Source: Paludibacteraceae bacterium | Lineage (GTDB): Bacteria; Bacillota_I; Bacilli_A; RFN20; CAG-826 | NCBI GenBank assembly: GCA_963621535.1 | Contig: CAVFEQ010000002.1 | Span: forward strand, 15,362-79,361 | Direction of reading: 5' to 3' | DNA: 64,000 nucleotides | Shown: positions 46,882 to 56,418 of the stretch, piece after piece | Layout: every line of letters begins with the position of its first letter | How positions within the stretch are numbered: position 1 is the first letter of the stretch | Notes under the pieces: model-generated | Databases searched by the model: none | The model's input: only the letters and a program-made list of their open reading frames with translations | Told to the model about the DNA's origin: nothing | Position numbers and translations under genes: made by a program

Positions 46882-49881
46882 TTATTCCACAATCAAGGTG
46901 TAGCTATCGTAAGCGAGGTTGCCTTCCTCGTCTTGGCAGGTGAGGTAAACGGTGTAAGTTCCTTTTTCGGCGATGGTGAGCTGATCCCCGTTTTGGACGG
47001 AGGCCACTAGGCGCGAAGAGGAATCATAGATGAGGTGCCAGATTTCAAAGGCGCCATCTTTGGTGATGTTGTCTTTGGCCGAAACAATGGGCAAATCGCT
47101 GAGGACGCCCGCTTTGATCACGTATTTCTCCGGGACGTTTTCTAAGGTCGGGGCTTCCTTATCGAGGACGCTGACCATCCCCTGCAGCCCGCCGTAGACC
47201 GAATTCTCGGCGAGGTCAGAGATGCTGTAGGTGATGACATAAGATCCGTAATCGTCCATGAGAATCTCGTATTCTTTGCTGTAATCGGTGATGGAAGAGA
47301 GAGCCTCTCCGGTATTTTTATCTTGCATCACGCTGGCTTTGCCACCGACGTTCTTGATGACGTCCAAGGTGACTTTGCTGTCGCTAGAGGGAGTTAAGAC
47401 GTCGGCGACGTTAGGCGCGGAAACGATGGCGCTATCGCCAATAGAAGCGATTTTCGATGGGAAAGAGGCGCTAGCCATCGGGGCGACCCGGTCGCGGGTC
47501 GTGCCGGAACGCCAAACCTGGTTGCCAACGTTAGAGACGTCGATATAGCCGCCTTTTTCCATGCCTTTGCCTTCAACTTGAAGCAAGAAGGAATCCCTCT
47601 TGAAGGGGTTATCAAGGTCGAATTTGGCTCCGGCGACGCTTAAGGTGCCGGTATTCTCGCTATAGAAGATCGAGGCCCCGCTTTCCTTGTAGTTCTCGCT
47701 TGCGGTCTGGCTGCGCCCGTTGACGCTGACCTTACCTGTCTCAAAGGCGATTTCGACGCTCTGCGAGGGGTCGAAATAGGAGACTAGGCGGACGAGCAAG
47801 GATGAGCATCCGCTGGCTTTGAAGGTGAAATTGAAGCCCGTGAGCAGGAGCTTATTGATGAATTCCATGGAGGCGTCGCCCTCTTTTTGGCTCACGTAAC
47901 GGACGTAATCCTCGTTCTTGTCGCTGCTGTCTTTGACGTTCTCGCCAAGGAAGTCGCCGACGAAATATTTGGTGAGGTCGACTTTCTTCCCGTCCCACCC
48001 TGTGTCAACCACGGGGATCTCCGCGGTTTCTAAAACCGAGGATGGGTTGCTTTTGGCGATGAAACGGAGCTTCGTGCTTTTTGATCCGGTGATGGAGAGA
48101 TCGTGAGGGTCGACTGCGACGTATTCCCCGGAGTCGAAGCTGACGTAGCTAAGGATCTCGTCTTTGGCTTTGCCCTTTTCCCCATAGGTATAGGCCGCGG
48201 GCACATCGATCGTGTAGGAGGCGCCCTTCATGAAATAATGGGGAAGGGCGACTTCTTTTGAGGAGAAGTCCGCTTCCGTGCTTGCTTCGACGTTGAAATC
48301 CATGCTCTTAGAGCCGGAATAGAAGGAGTCGTTATAATAATAGGTCGCGTGGTAGGTGCCGCTGTATTCGAGGTCGAAGCTCTCACTCCCAGAAAGGGTC
48401 TTTTTCTCCCCGTTAGGATAAGTGAGCTCCACTGTGACTTCCGGCTCCTCATTCAAAGAGACGACGTTGTAGTTATCAAGTTTGACGCTCTTCCCTGCCT
48501 TTAGCCCCTCTAAAGGAAGCAGCTCGAAAGAGATCCCCTCTTCCCCAAAGGAAGTCACGGAGAGATCGACGCGCTTGCTAGAGAGGTTCCCATAGACGTC
48601 CTCTGCCTCGTAAATCACGGAATAGGTGCCTAGCTTATCGGGCGTGAACCTGCCGTTTTTGACGCTGACCATGCTTCTAGAAGAAGAGTCGTAGCCATAC
48701 CAAAGCGCACTGCGTGCTTCTCCACGAAGTGCGGTCTCGTCGTAGGCTTTGGCTTCGGGGATGGCGATTTCCACCCCGCCCATGATGTTGGCGGTTGCAG
48801 AAGAGGAGACATCGATGATCGGGGCGATCTGGTCTTTGTAATAATCCATCGGATTGAGGTCTTCGCCTTTGATCCCGCCGATCTCGGCGATTTCAATGGG
48901 GGCAAGATCGAGGCCGCTATATCCGCTCGCCGTCAAAGAGATGTAGGCTAGGCCGGTTTTGAACCCGGCGAAGGTGTCGCTATAGATGCCCGCGTTGTTG
49001 AATTCGCTGATCAAGGCGCTTTCTCTTGCCTGGCCGTTGTCGGCGTAGATCCGGTAATGGCTCGGATCGGAGGTATCAAGATAATAGGAGATGTTGTTAT
49101 AGACCCCGGAGATCGGCTGGTTGCCGCTTAAGGAGGTGCCTCCGCTGGAAGAGAGGCGGTAGCTTTCCCCGTCGATGACGATGGGGCCGGTATCGTCGCG
49201 GTTGATGCCGGCGCTTCTTCCTCCGTTATAGGAGGCGGAGAAATAGTTCAGGTAGTAATAGGCACCTTTGGTGTTGGTGATGGTGAAATAGTTATTCGCG
49301 TCGTAGGCGTCGGTGACTTTGACGCTGATGGAGGTGACGGCAGGGACGCTAAGCAAATCGAGGACGTTCCAGGAGATAAGCTTCTGATAGGTGGATTTGG
49401 AGAGGTCGATGGGCTGGGCGAAAGTGAAGGTATCCCCTTCCTTGATGTTGAGGCGGAGCCCGCTTGCGTAGCCATCACTCCGGAAGCAATAATTCAAGCT
49501 GCCGAAATCGAGCGTGGAGGAGGTGTCAGAAAAAGAATAGACGTCTTGGTAGACGGAGAAGCTCTTCGAATAGGCGCTTCCTCCTTCGCCATTGATCCGC
49601 AGAGAATATGTGCCGTAGGCATTAAGGGAATAGGAAGAGGAGGAAAGGCTGTTCCCGTTAGGATAGGTGAGCTCGGTGGAGACGATTTTGATGGTTTCCC
49701 CATCTTCTTTAAGCGTGGCGCTTTTGGGAATGTGGAGCAGGTCGCCTATGTTATAGACGTCCTCTAGCTCAAGCCCCTCCAAAGAGGCCTCGCCTTTGAT
49801 TTGGTAAGCGACGTTGCCCGCTAGGCTTATCCCTAGTAGCGAAGCAAGCGATAAACTCGCTAGGCGCGTGGTTTTCTTCAT
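46882..49881 (-). CDS. Large secreted protein with several Ig-like (HYR/DUF5011-type) modules
   Basis: 999 aa with a signal peptide but no lipobox. GTY..Y...D..GN module ends recur (GTYSVIYEAEDVYGN, GSYVITYSISDLAEN, GTYTVYLTCQDEEGN). Confidence 0.65.
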   Translation of the reverse strand: MKKTTRLASLSLASLLGISLAGNVAYQIKGEASLEGLELEDVYNIGDLLHIPKSATLKEDGETIKIVSTELTYPNGNSLSSSSYSLNAYGTYSLRINGEGGSAYSKSFSVYQDVYSFSDTSSTLDFGSLNYCFRSDGYASGLRLNIKEGDTFTFAQPIDLSKSTYQKLISWNVLDLLSVPAVTSISVKVTDAYDANNYFTITNTKGAYYYLNYFSASYNGGRSAGINRDDTGPIVIDGESYRLSSSGGTSLSGNQPISGVYNNISYYLDTSDPSHYRIYADNGQARESALISEFNNAGIYSDTFAGFKTGLAYISLTASGYSGLDLAPIEIAEIGGIKGEDLNPMDYYKDQIAPIIDVSSSATANIMGGVEIAIPEAKAYDETALRGEARSALWYGYDSSSRSMVSVKNGRFTPDKLGTYSVIYEAEDVYGNLSSKRVDLSVTSFGEEGISFELLPLEGLKAGKSVKLDNYNVVSLNEEPEVTVELTYPNGEKKTLSGSESFDLEYSGTYHATYYYNDSFYSGSKSMDFNVEASTEADFSSKEVALPHYFMKGASYTIDVPAAYTYGEKGKAKDEILSYVSFDSGEYVAVDPHDLSITGSKSTKLRFIAKSNPSSVLETAEIPVVDTGWDGKKVDLTKYFVGDFLGENVKDSSDKNEDYVRYVSQKEGDASMEFINKLLLTGFNFTFKASGCSSLLVRLVSYFDPSQSVEIAFETGKVSVNGRSQTASENYKESGASIFYSENTGTLSVAGAKFDLDNPFKRDSFLLQVEGKGMEKGGYIDVSNVGNQVWRSGTTRDRVAPMASASFPSKIASIGDSAIVSAPNVADVLTPSSDSKVTLDVIKNVGGKASVMQDKNTGEALSSITDYSKEYEILMDDYGSYVITYSISDLAENSVYGGLQGMVSVLDKEAPTLENVPEKYVIKAGVLSDLPIVSAKDNITKDGAFEIWHLIYDSSSRLVASVQNGDQLTIAEKGTYTVYLTCQDEEGNLAYDSYTLIVE

Positions 49882-49896
49882 GGAAGCTCTCCTTTG

Positions 49897-50922
49897 CTAT
49901 TCTTTGAGTCCGCCCACGGAGACGTTGCCCATGAGCTTGTTGCGGAAAATGACGAAGAGGATGGTGATCGGCAGGGCGAGGATCATCGAGGCGGTGATCT
50001 TCAGCGGCGCGGTTTGCAGCAAGAACTTCTCCGTGCCGGTCCCGATGTCAGATTTCCCTAAAGACATCTCGTAGACGGCCCTGGCCAAGGTTGGATGGGT
50101 GGGAAGATAAAGCATCGCGCTCTGCCAGTCGTTCCAAAGGGCGATGAACTGGATCAGAAAGACCGTGCCGATGGTTTTGATGGCCATCGGGAAGTAGATG
50201 CGGAACATGATCGTGAAGTCGTTGGCCCCGTCGATTGAGGCGGCTTCCCGATAGGCGTCGCTCATCGAGCGGAAGAAGGCGAAATAGACGAAATAGTACA
50301 TGCCTGCCCCCGAAAGGTAACGCAGGAAGTTGCCCCATAGGCTGTCATAGATCCCTAGTTGACGGAGCCAGGTGAGCTCAGAAGGCAAAGCGCCGACGAT
50401 GGGGATGGAAAGGACGAGAGTGAAGACGACGTTGATGATGGTCGAGAGCTTGTAATGGTATTTGCAGGTCAGATAGGCCGTGATCGCCGGGCCGATGGAG
50501 ACGATGAGCCCGCCTACCCCTGCATAGACCAAGGTGTTCCATAGCATCGTGAGGAAGTTCACGTTCTCGGCGCTATGGGTGACGAGGTTGTCGCCCACAT
50601 ACCAGCTGGAATTGAGCTGCTCGAAGATGAAGTTCTTGAAGATGAGCCCGTAGTTCTTGAAATGGAGGAACTCGTAGTTGCTCGCTAAGGGATTGTCCCA
50701 GTTGCTCCAGTCGATGAGCGGCCAAGAGATCGGTCCATTCTGCTCGAAGTCGTTCTTGCTCTTTAAGGAGGTCATGAAGCCCCAAAGGAGCATGAAAAGG
50801 AGGAAGATCGTGAATAAGGAGATGATGATGGCGAGGATCGAGTCGAAGACGACATCGACTTTATTCGCCTTGGGCTTTTTGCCGCGGCGGATGGAATTCT
50901 GCTTGATGTTTGCCATATTCAA
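49897..50922 (-). CDS. Carbohydrate ABC transporter permease
   Basis: Multi-TM protein with an EAA loop (REAASIDGANDFTIMFRIYFPMA). It overlaps the upstream permease gene by 4 nt. Confidence 0.9.
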   Translation of the reverse strand: MNMANIKQNSIRRGKKPKANKVDVVFDSILAIIISLFTIFLLFMLLWGFMTSLKSKNDFEQNGPISWPLIDWSNWDNPLASNYEFLHFKNYGLIFKNFIFEQLNSSWYVGDNLVTHSAENVNFLTMLWNTLVYAGVGGLIVSIGPAITAYLTCKYHYKLSTIINVVFTLVLSIPIVGALPSELTWLRQLGIYDSLWGNFLRYLSGAGMYYFVYFAFFRSMSDAYREAASIDGANDFTIMFRIYFPMAIKTIGTVFLIQFIALWNDWQSAMLYLPTHPTLARAVYEMSLGKSDIGTGTEKFLLQTAPLKITASMILALPITILFVIFRNKLMGNVSVGGLKE

Positions 50923-51872
50923 TCCTCCCTCGGCCCGAAACGGGTCATCAAGAATTTGGTGAGGAACACGACCGGGACGATGATGGCCGTGAGGCTCAGC
51001 CCGAGCGCGGAAAGCGCCGGGTAGCTGATGTAATTAGAGGCGCTCCCAAGCAGATCTGACTTCAGGCTCGTGATGTAGATGAAGTAACCGACGTTTGCCA
51101 TGCCCTCCGCATTTTCCCCGTAGATATTGAAGACCTGGAACTGGCTGGTGAAGACCTGCGAGAGGATGACGATAGCCAGGGAGATGATGGTCGGATAGAT
51201 CTTGGGCAAGACGACGTGCCAGAGGATCTCGATGGTGTTGGCCCCGTCTAAGGAGGCGCTTTCGATGTTGGCTGGGTTGACGTTGCCCATCGCGTTGGAA
51301 TAAAGGAGCACGTTGACCCCGAAGCTCATGGTGACATTGAACAAAGCCATGATCCAAAGCTGGGTGTCGGGGTTAGTGAGGATGTCCATCTTCTCCACGC
51401 CGAACCACTGGAAGAGCATCTCGGGGACGGCGCTTTGGACGGTGTATTTGAAGAGGATGCCAAGGACGACGCTTGAGAGCACTTGAGGCAAGTAAAGGAC
51501 GGTGCGGAAGAAGGCGCTGCAGGGCTTCTTCTTATAGATATAGTAAGAAGCTAGGATCGCTAGGGGCTGGGAGATGAAGAGATCGATCGCGATGAAGATC
51601 AGCGAGTTGCGGAGCATGTATGGGTATTTCGTGAAGGAGCTCCAAGCGACCTTGAAGTTGTCCCAACCCGCGAAGGAAGTCACGATCTTGCCCAAATCAT
51701 AATCCAGCGTGTAGGTCTGGAAGGCCATCACGAAAGAATTGATGTTCACGTAAAGATAGAAAACGAAGAAATGCAAAATCGGGATGATCAAGAAGCCGAG
51801 GTAAAAGGCAAAGTGCCCTACCTCGGCCTTGTTGAACTTCTTTTTGTTGCTGCGGGTTAACGTCTGATACAT
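50919..51872 (-). CDS. Carbohydrate ABC transporter permease
   Basis: Six-TM protein with an EAA loop (ESASLDGANTIEILWHVVLPKI). Confidence 0.9.
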   Translation of the reverse strand: MYQTLTRSNKKKFNKAEVGHFAFYLGFLIIPILHFFVFYLYVNINSFVMAFQTYTLDYDLGKIVTSFAGWDNFKVAWSSFTKYPYMLRNSLIFIAIDLFISQPLAILASYYIYKKKPCSAFFRTVLYLPQVLSSVVLGILFKYTVQSAVPEMLFQWFGVEKMDILTNPDTQLWIMALFNVTMSFGVNVLLYSNAMGNVNPANIESASLDGANTIEILWHVVLPKIYPTIISLAIVILSQVFTSQFQVFNIYGENAEGMANVGYFIYITSLKSDLLGSASNYISYPALSALGLSLTAIIVPVVFLTKFLMTRFGPRED

Positions 51873-51890
51873 GCTGTTCGCCTTTTCGCC

Positions 51891-53579
51891 TTATTTGGAC
51901 ATGCTCGTCCAGGTGCTTTCAGAGATCTTAGTCACGTCGAAGATGTAATCGGAGGTCGAGCCGGTGTTCTGGAAAGCGGAGAGGTAGCCTCCCTGCACCT
52001 GGGTGCCGTTTTTCGCGGTGAAGGTGCTCAGCTTCATGTTGTAGGAGATGATGAAGGAGGAGAGATTCTTCTTAAAACGCGTCGAGGCGCTGGAGCATTG
52101 GATGACTTCCGCGTCTTTGCGATAGGTGGCGAGATCTTCGTAATAGGTATTGTCGAGCTTGCTCATGTCGTAGGTGTAATCCATGGGGACGGTGAGGCCG
52201 GTTTTTTCAGAGAAAGCGGCGAGCTCGGAATCGCTATAGATGTATTTGATGAACTCTTTCGCGGCTTTGTCGGTGCCGTTCTTCTCGGTTTTGGCGTTGG
52301 CGAAGACCATCGTGCTGCCCACGTTAAGAAGGGTCGGCTTCTTGCCCTTTCCTTCGCTTACCTGTCCAGTCATCTGCGTGGGCAGAGGCATGAAGGCAGT
52401 GTGGCGGTCAGGGGCGCTAGGATGAAGCGCGGCGTAGGTTTTGAAGGTGTCGACGTTGGCGGCTTCATGGCACCAATACGATCCGTCCCAGTAGCAGCCA
52501 AAGCGGGTGCTGTTATGGCCGTTGATGAACCAGTTCATGGCTTCGGTCGGGGAGCCGTTGGGGTTAGCAAGCTGCTCGCTGTCGAGCCACTTCTCCTTCA
52601 AGGCGTTCTCGAAGAAAGCAAGGGCGTAGTAGCGGTTGGCCATCGAATACATCTGGTAGCCGTTGTCGTCATTGAGGACCATCTTCGTGGTCGTTGGGGT
52701 CTTTAGCCCAGAGCCGCTATAGAAGAGATCGCCATCGCCCCAGCCAGTGGCCACATCGACTTCCTGATCGGTCCAATTGCAATAGACGTCCCTCATGCCG
52801 TCCCCGCCGGTGAGCGAAGCCCATAAAGCCATGGGAAGATACCAGGAATATTGATGGCCTGAGCCGCAAAGGAGCATCGGGGAGATGCCTAGGCTCTTCA
52901 TTTTGTCGAAGAGGATGCAAAGCTCTTCCAAGGAAGAGGGAAGGCCGTCATCGTAGTCGCCTTTGACTCCGTTTGGCCCCACGGATTTCTCGACGTTTTT
53001 GTCGGCGATGAAGTCGGCGTCGCCGTATTTGCAGCTGTAGGCTTCCTTATCCTCGTCATCGACCTTTGGGTCAGCGAAATAAAGGCATTTGTCGTCGAAG
53101 AGATCCTTATCGTAGGTGATCCCTGGGAACCATTCGTAATGAGGCAAGCCGTAATATTTGTCGTCGCTGCCTTTCATCCTTTCCAAAAGATCACCGTCGA
53201 TCTTGTCTTTGACCGGCTCGACGATGTCGCTTAGATCGAGGAGATAGCCTTGGGCGGAAAGCTGGTACATGTCAGGGTTGGTCTCGTAGATATAGACGTC
53301 GTAGCCGCTGCTTTTCATCTCGGTGTTCCAAGTGATGTTCTTCGCGGTGGCGACTTTGATGTTGACGCCCTTCCTGTCGGTTTGGAAGCTGGTTTCCGCG
53401 TTGGCATTGGCGAAGCGCTTGCCGGCTTCGGTGACCCATTCTTTGCCTCCGGTGCCGTTGAAGACGAGGACGTTCAAAGTCGTCGTGGTCCCACTGCTAG
53501 ATCCCCCGGAATTGCTGCAGGAAGCCAAGGCGCAGGCGGCTAGGCCGGCCAAGGCGAGATTCTTCAAATTGGTTTTCAT
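51891..53579 (-). CDS. Extracellular solute-binding lipoprotein (large family-1 sugar binding protein)
   Basis: 562 aa with lipobox ALASC and an S/G-rich linker. It lies directly upstream of the two permease genes. Confidence 0.75.
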   Translation of the reverse strand: MKTNLKNLALAGLAACALASCSNSGGSSSGTTTTLNVLVFNGTGGKEWVTEAGKRFANANAETSFQTDRKGVNIKVATAKNITWNTEMKSSGYDVYIYETNPDMYQLSAQGYLLDLSDIVEPVKDKIDGDLLERMKGSDDKYYGLPHYEWFPGITYDKDLFDDKCLYFADPKVDDEDKEAYSCKYGDADFIADKNVEKSVGPNGVKGDYDDGLPSSLEELCILFDKMKSLGISPMLLCGSGHQYSWYLPMALWASLTGGDGMRDVYCNWTDQEVDVATGWGDGDLFYSGSGLKTPTTTKMVLNDDNGYQMYSMANRYYALAFFENALKEKWLDSEQLANPNGSPTEAMNWFINGHNSTRFGCYWDGSYWCHEAANVDTFKTYAALHPSAPDRHTAFMPLPTQMTGQVSEGKGKKPTLLNVGSTMVFANAKTEKNGTDKAAKEFIKYIYSDSELAAFSEKTGLTVPMDYTYDMSKLDNTYYEDLATYRKDAEVIQCSSASTRFKKNLSSFIISYNMKLSTFTAKNGTQVQGGYLSAFQNTGSTSDYIFDVTKISESTWTSMSK

Positions 53580-53608
53580 AATCGTGTGCTCCTTTCCAAT
53601 TTGCGTGG

Positions 53609-56197
53609 TTATTTCGTAAGTATAACGTTAAGCGAATAAGTGCAAAGAATGCCATCTTTCTGCAATTTCATGGAGATGGTGCCCTCGCTTGAAGAAGCCT
53701 CGCCAAGAATAGAGGAGGCATCGAACATCAAGGCATTGTTCTCAATCGCGGCATCGACGATCTTCTTGCCCTTATAAGAAGCGCTGAGCAGCTTCATCGA
53801 GCCGTATCCGCTTCCTAAGCTGATGGAAGCGAAACCGCTGATGAGCTTGGTGGAAACGCTTGTCTTGCTCGCGGTGCTGTAGCTGCCTGATATCCCCTCG
53901 AAATCCATCGGAAGATAGCAGTCGTTGATATCGATGGTGCTCGCTGTTTTGCCCGAGATGCTGCTTTTGATACCAAGATAGCCTAGCCGTTCGCAGTTGA
54001 GGATAAGGTTATCGAACTGCAATCCACTCATGCCGCTGTAATAGACCCCGCCGAAGAGAGAGACGATTGGGTATTCCGAATTGATGGTCACGTCTTTGAT
54101 CAAGGATCCGCGGGCGATGGAAGAGGAGATCATCCCAGTCCCAGAGCCAAACATGCCCATCGCCTCATAGTTATCGCCCCAGGCATCACTTAGGACGTTG
54201 AAGGTGACGTTTTCTAAGGTCGCCCCGCATAAAGCGACGGCTAAGGTAGTGATGTTCTCGTTTCTAGTGGTGGGAGATCCGCTTTTGGTGACCGCGAAGG
54301 TCGCGTTTTTGATGATGGCTCCCCCGCCGACGCAGGAGAACAGTCCGCCGTATTGCTCAGGGGCGTAGATGGTTTTTCCATTGCCATCGAGCGTTCCTCT
54401 GAAGCCGATTGAGCCATTCGTGCTCATCTGTTCCACGACCCACCCGCCGTGGTTGACGGGCGAGGTTTCCGATCCGATGTCATTAGCCAAACGGTAGTAG
54501 CCATAATTGATGATGCGGTCTTCGTTTTTGGTGTCGCTTTTCTTGCGGTAGGTATCGATCGCGACGAATTCATCGATTGTGCTGACGACTTTGGTGATGA
54601 GCAAAACCGGCACGTAGACGGTGATGTCTTCACCGTTCTTTTTCGCTTTGATGACGATTTCCCTTTCTCCGGCGAGATCCGCTTCCTTGATTTTATCTAG
54701 GGAAATCGCGTTAGCGTCATTTCCTAAGTCGGTCCCAGAGATGGAGATCGAAGAGATGGATCCCTCATCAAGCTGAGCTTGGCTTAGGTCGAGCTTCATG
54801 GTCTCCTCATCGAGGAGGAATTCTTGCCTTGTCGGCAAGGTGAGGCTGCTTTCTTGATCGTCAGTGAGGATCTTCTTGATGCTTGCGATCTGTGAGGGAG
54901 GAATGCCGACATAGCCGGTCAGATAGTTATAAATCGCATTGGAAAGGTCGCCGCTTGCATCCCCATAATAATAGAGGATGTCCTCATGCATCTTCCCAAA
55001 GGCGATGTAGTTCGAGCTGTCGCTTTTGTAGACGCCGCTACTTGTGAACGATTTGCCATCTTCAGCGATCGCGCTTCTAAGCCTCTCGCCGAACTTGCTG
55101 AAGCTCGTGAGTTCGAAGTCGCGGATCGTGTCTTCATAGCTCACGCCAAGGAGGCCTTCAAGCAGGAAGGCAAGGGTCCCGGTGCGGTCAGCCCCGGCGT
55201 TGCAATGGAAATAGACGGGGTAATTGTTTTCATCGGCAAGAGTTGAGAAAACGTCCCTGAGCGTTTTGACGGAGATGCCGTCTTGGTTAATCGCGGCGAG
55301 CTGGTCTTTTTGGGCATAGGCCCCATAGGTGTCGTAGCCATTGGAAACGGCGAAGGATTCGGGGTCGATGATGCGGTTATATTGGCCTAGCTGCCCCTGG
55401 ATATAGGTTTTGGTTTCGTCGAAGTAGCACTTCTTTTGATTACCGTCGTCTTTGCCGGTGTTGCGGAGATCGATCTCGGTTTTCACCCCGAGCTCTTCAT
55501 TGAAGGTCTTGATGCCGGTTTCGTCGAGTTCGGCGTAGTTGCTGAAGTTGTTGAGTAAACTGCCGCGGTAGAGCTTGCCATAGGCGATTTCTCTCTCCCC
55601 TGCTTTCCATCCCCCGAGATCGCGGATGTTGTAGGCTCCGGAAGCCTCGATGAGGCGGAGGGATGAGCCGGTGGTCTTGAAGCTAGAGACGGAAGAGGTG
55701 TCATGGCTCCGCGTTCCCTTCACTTTCCAATAATAGGTGGTGTTAGGGATCAGATTCTTCGCTTCGTAGGAATTGGATAAGGAAGAGACTTTGATCTGCC
55801 GTTCGTCAGAGAAATCCTCTTTGGTGGCGAGGGAGATGGTGTAGTTGGCGCTGCCATCTTTCTTCCAGGAGAGGGTGACGCTGTTATTCGTGAGGTTTTT
55901 GTTCTCGGCCTTTTGGGCTTCGGAGATCGTTTTGATCTGCTCTTCTTCCGTCTTTGCGTTCAGATAATTCGCGATGGGCTCCGGGGTGAGGTTGAAGGAT
56001 TCCCCTTCCTTGGGGGCGAGAAGCTCGATCTGGGTATAGGAAATGATGGGCTCGTCGTCGTCTTCTGAGCTTGAATCTTCAGAGGCCGTGTTCGCGGTGT
56101 CGCTAAAAATGTCCTGGTTCTGACTGTTGCAGGAGGCTAAGACGAAAGACAAGGAAACGAGTCCCATTAAAGCAAGGTGCGCGCTTTTTCTTTTCAC
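53609..56197 (-). CDS. Lipoprotein with FN3-like, tyrosine-phosphatase-like (Y_phosphatase3) and beta-helix-like regions
   Basis: Lipobox VLASC. It has NIRDLGGW...LYRGS and the CX5R loop VYFHCNAGADRTGT, plus a later FRGTLDGNGKTI motif. GTG 56197 follows AGGAGG; the ORF-track ATG 56239 would read through the cre/promoter region. Confidence 0.7.
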   Translation of the reverse strand: MKRKSAHLALMGLVSLSFVLASCNSQNQDIFSDTANTASEDSSSEDDDEPIISYTQIELLAPKEGESFNLTPEPIANYLNAKTEEEQIKTISEAQKAENKNLTNNSVTLSWKKDGSANYTISLATKEDFSDERQIKVSSLSNSYEAKNLIPNTTYYWKVKGTRSHDTSSVSSFKTTGSSLRLIEASGAYNIRDLGGWKAGEREIAYGKLYRGSLLNNFSNYAELDETGIKTFNEELGVKTEIDLRNTGKDDGNQKKCYFDETKTYIQGQLGQYNRIIDPESFAVSNGYDTYGAYAQKDQLAAINQDGISVKTLRDVFSTLADENNYPVYFHCNAGADRTGTLAFLLEGLLGVSYEDTIRDFELTSFSKFGERLRSAIAEDGKSFTSSGVYKSDSSNYIAFGKMHEDILYYYGDASGDLSNAIYNYLTGYVGIPPSQIASIKKILTDDQESSLTLPTRQEFLLDEETMKLDLSQAQLDEGSISSISISGTDLGNDANAISLDKIKEADLAGEREIVIKAKKNGEDITVYVPVLLITKVVSTIDEFVAIDTYRKKSDTKNEDRIINYGYYRLANDIGSETSPVNHGGWVVEQMSTNGSIGFRGTLDGNGKTIYAPEQYGGLFSCVGGGAIIKNATFAVTKSGSPTTRNENITTLAVALCGATLENVTFNVLSDAWGDNYEAMGMFGSGTGMISSSIARGSLIKDVTINSEYPIVSLFGGVYYSGMSGLQFDNLILNCERLGYLGIKSSISGKTASTIDINDCYLPMDFEGISGSYSTASKTSVSTKLISGFASISLGSGYGSMKLLSASYKGKKIVDAAIENNALMFDASSILGEASSSEGTISMKLQKDGILCTYSLNVILTK

Positions 56198-56224
56198 AAT
56201 CCGACCTCCTATAGCCAAAAAGTT

Positions 56225-56238
56225 TGTAAGCGTTTTCA
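56225..56238. promoter_or_regulatory. Catabolite-responsive element (cre) overlapping the likely -10 of the nine-gene operon
   Basis: TGTAAGCGTTTTCA matches the cre consensus TGWAANCGNTNWCA at every position. On the minus strand it directly follows TATAAT (56238-56243). Confidence 0.55.
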
Positions 56239-56418
56239 TTATAATGAGGCCACTTGAAGGGTGAAATTGCTAGGGCTAACGGATGTGTCCCGTTTTTTTA
56301 CCTGGCGTGGGCTTTCCTGGTTTTTGCCTGGTGAGAATTCTTTTGTCCACCGCGTCTGAAATCATTTAAAATATGCCAATAAAATCAGTGTCGCTCATTG
56401 ATATGCAAGGAGGACTAG

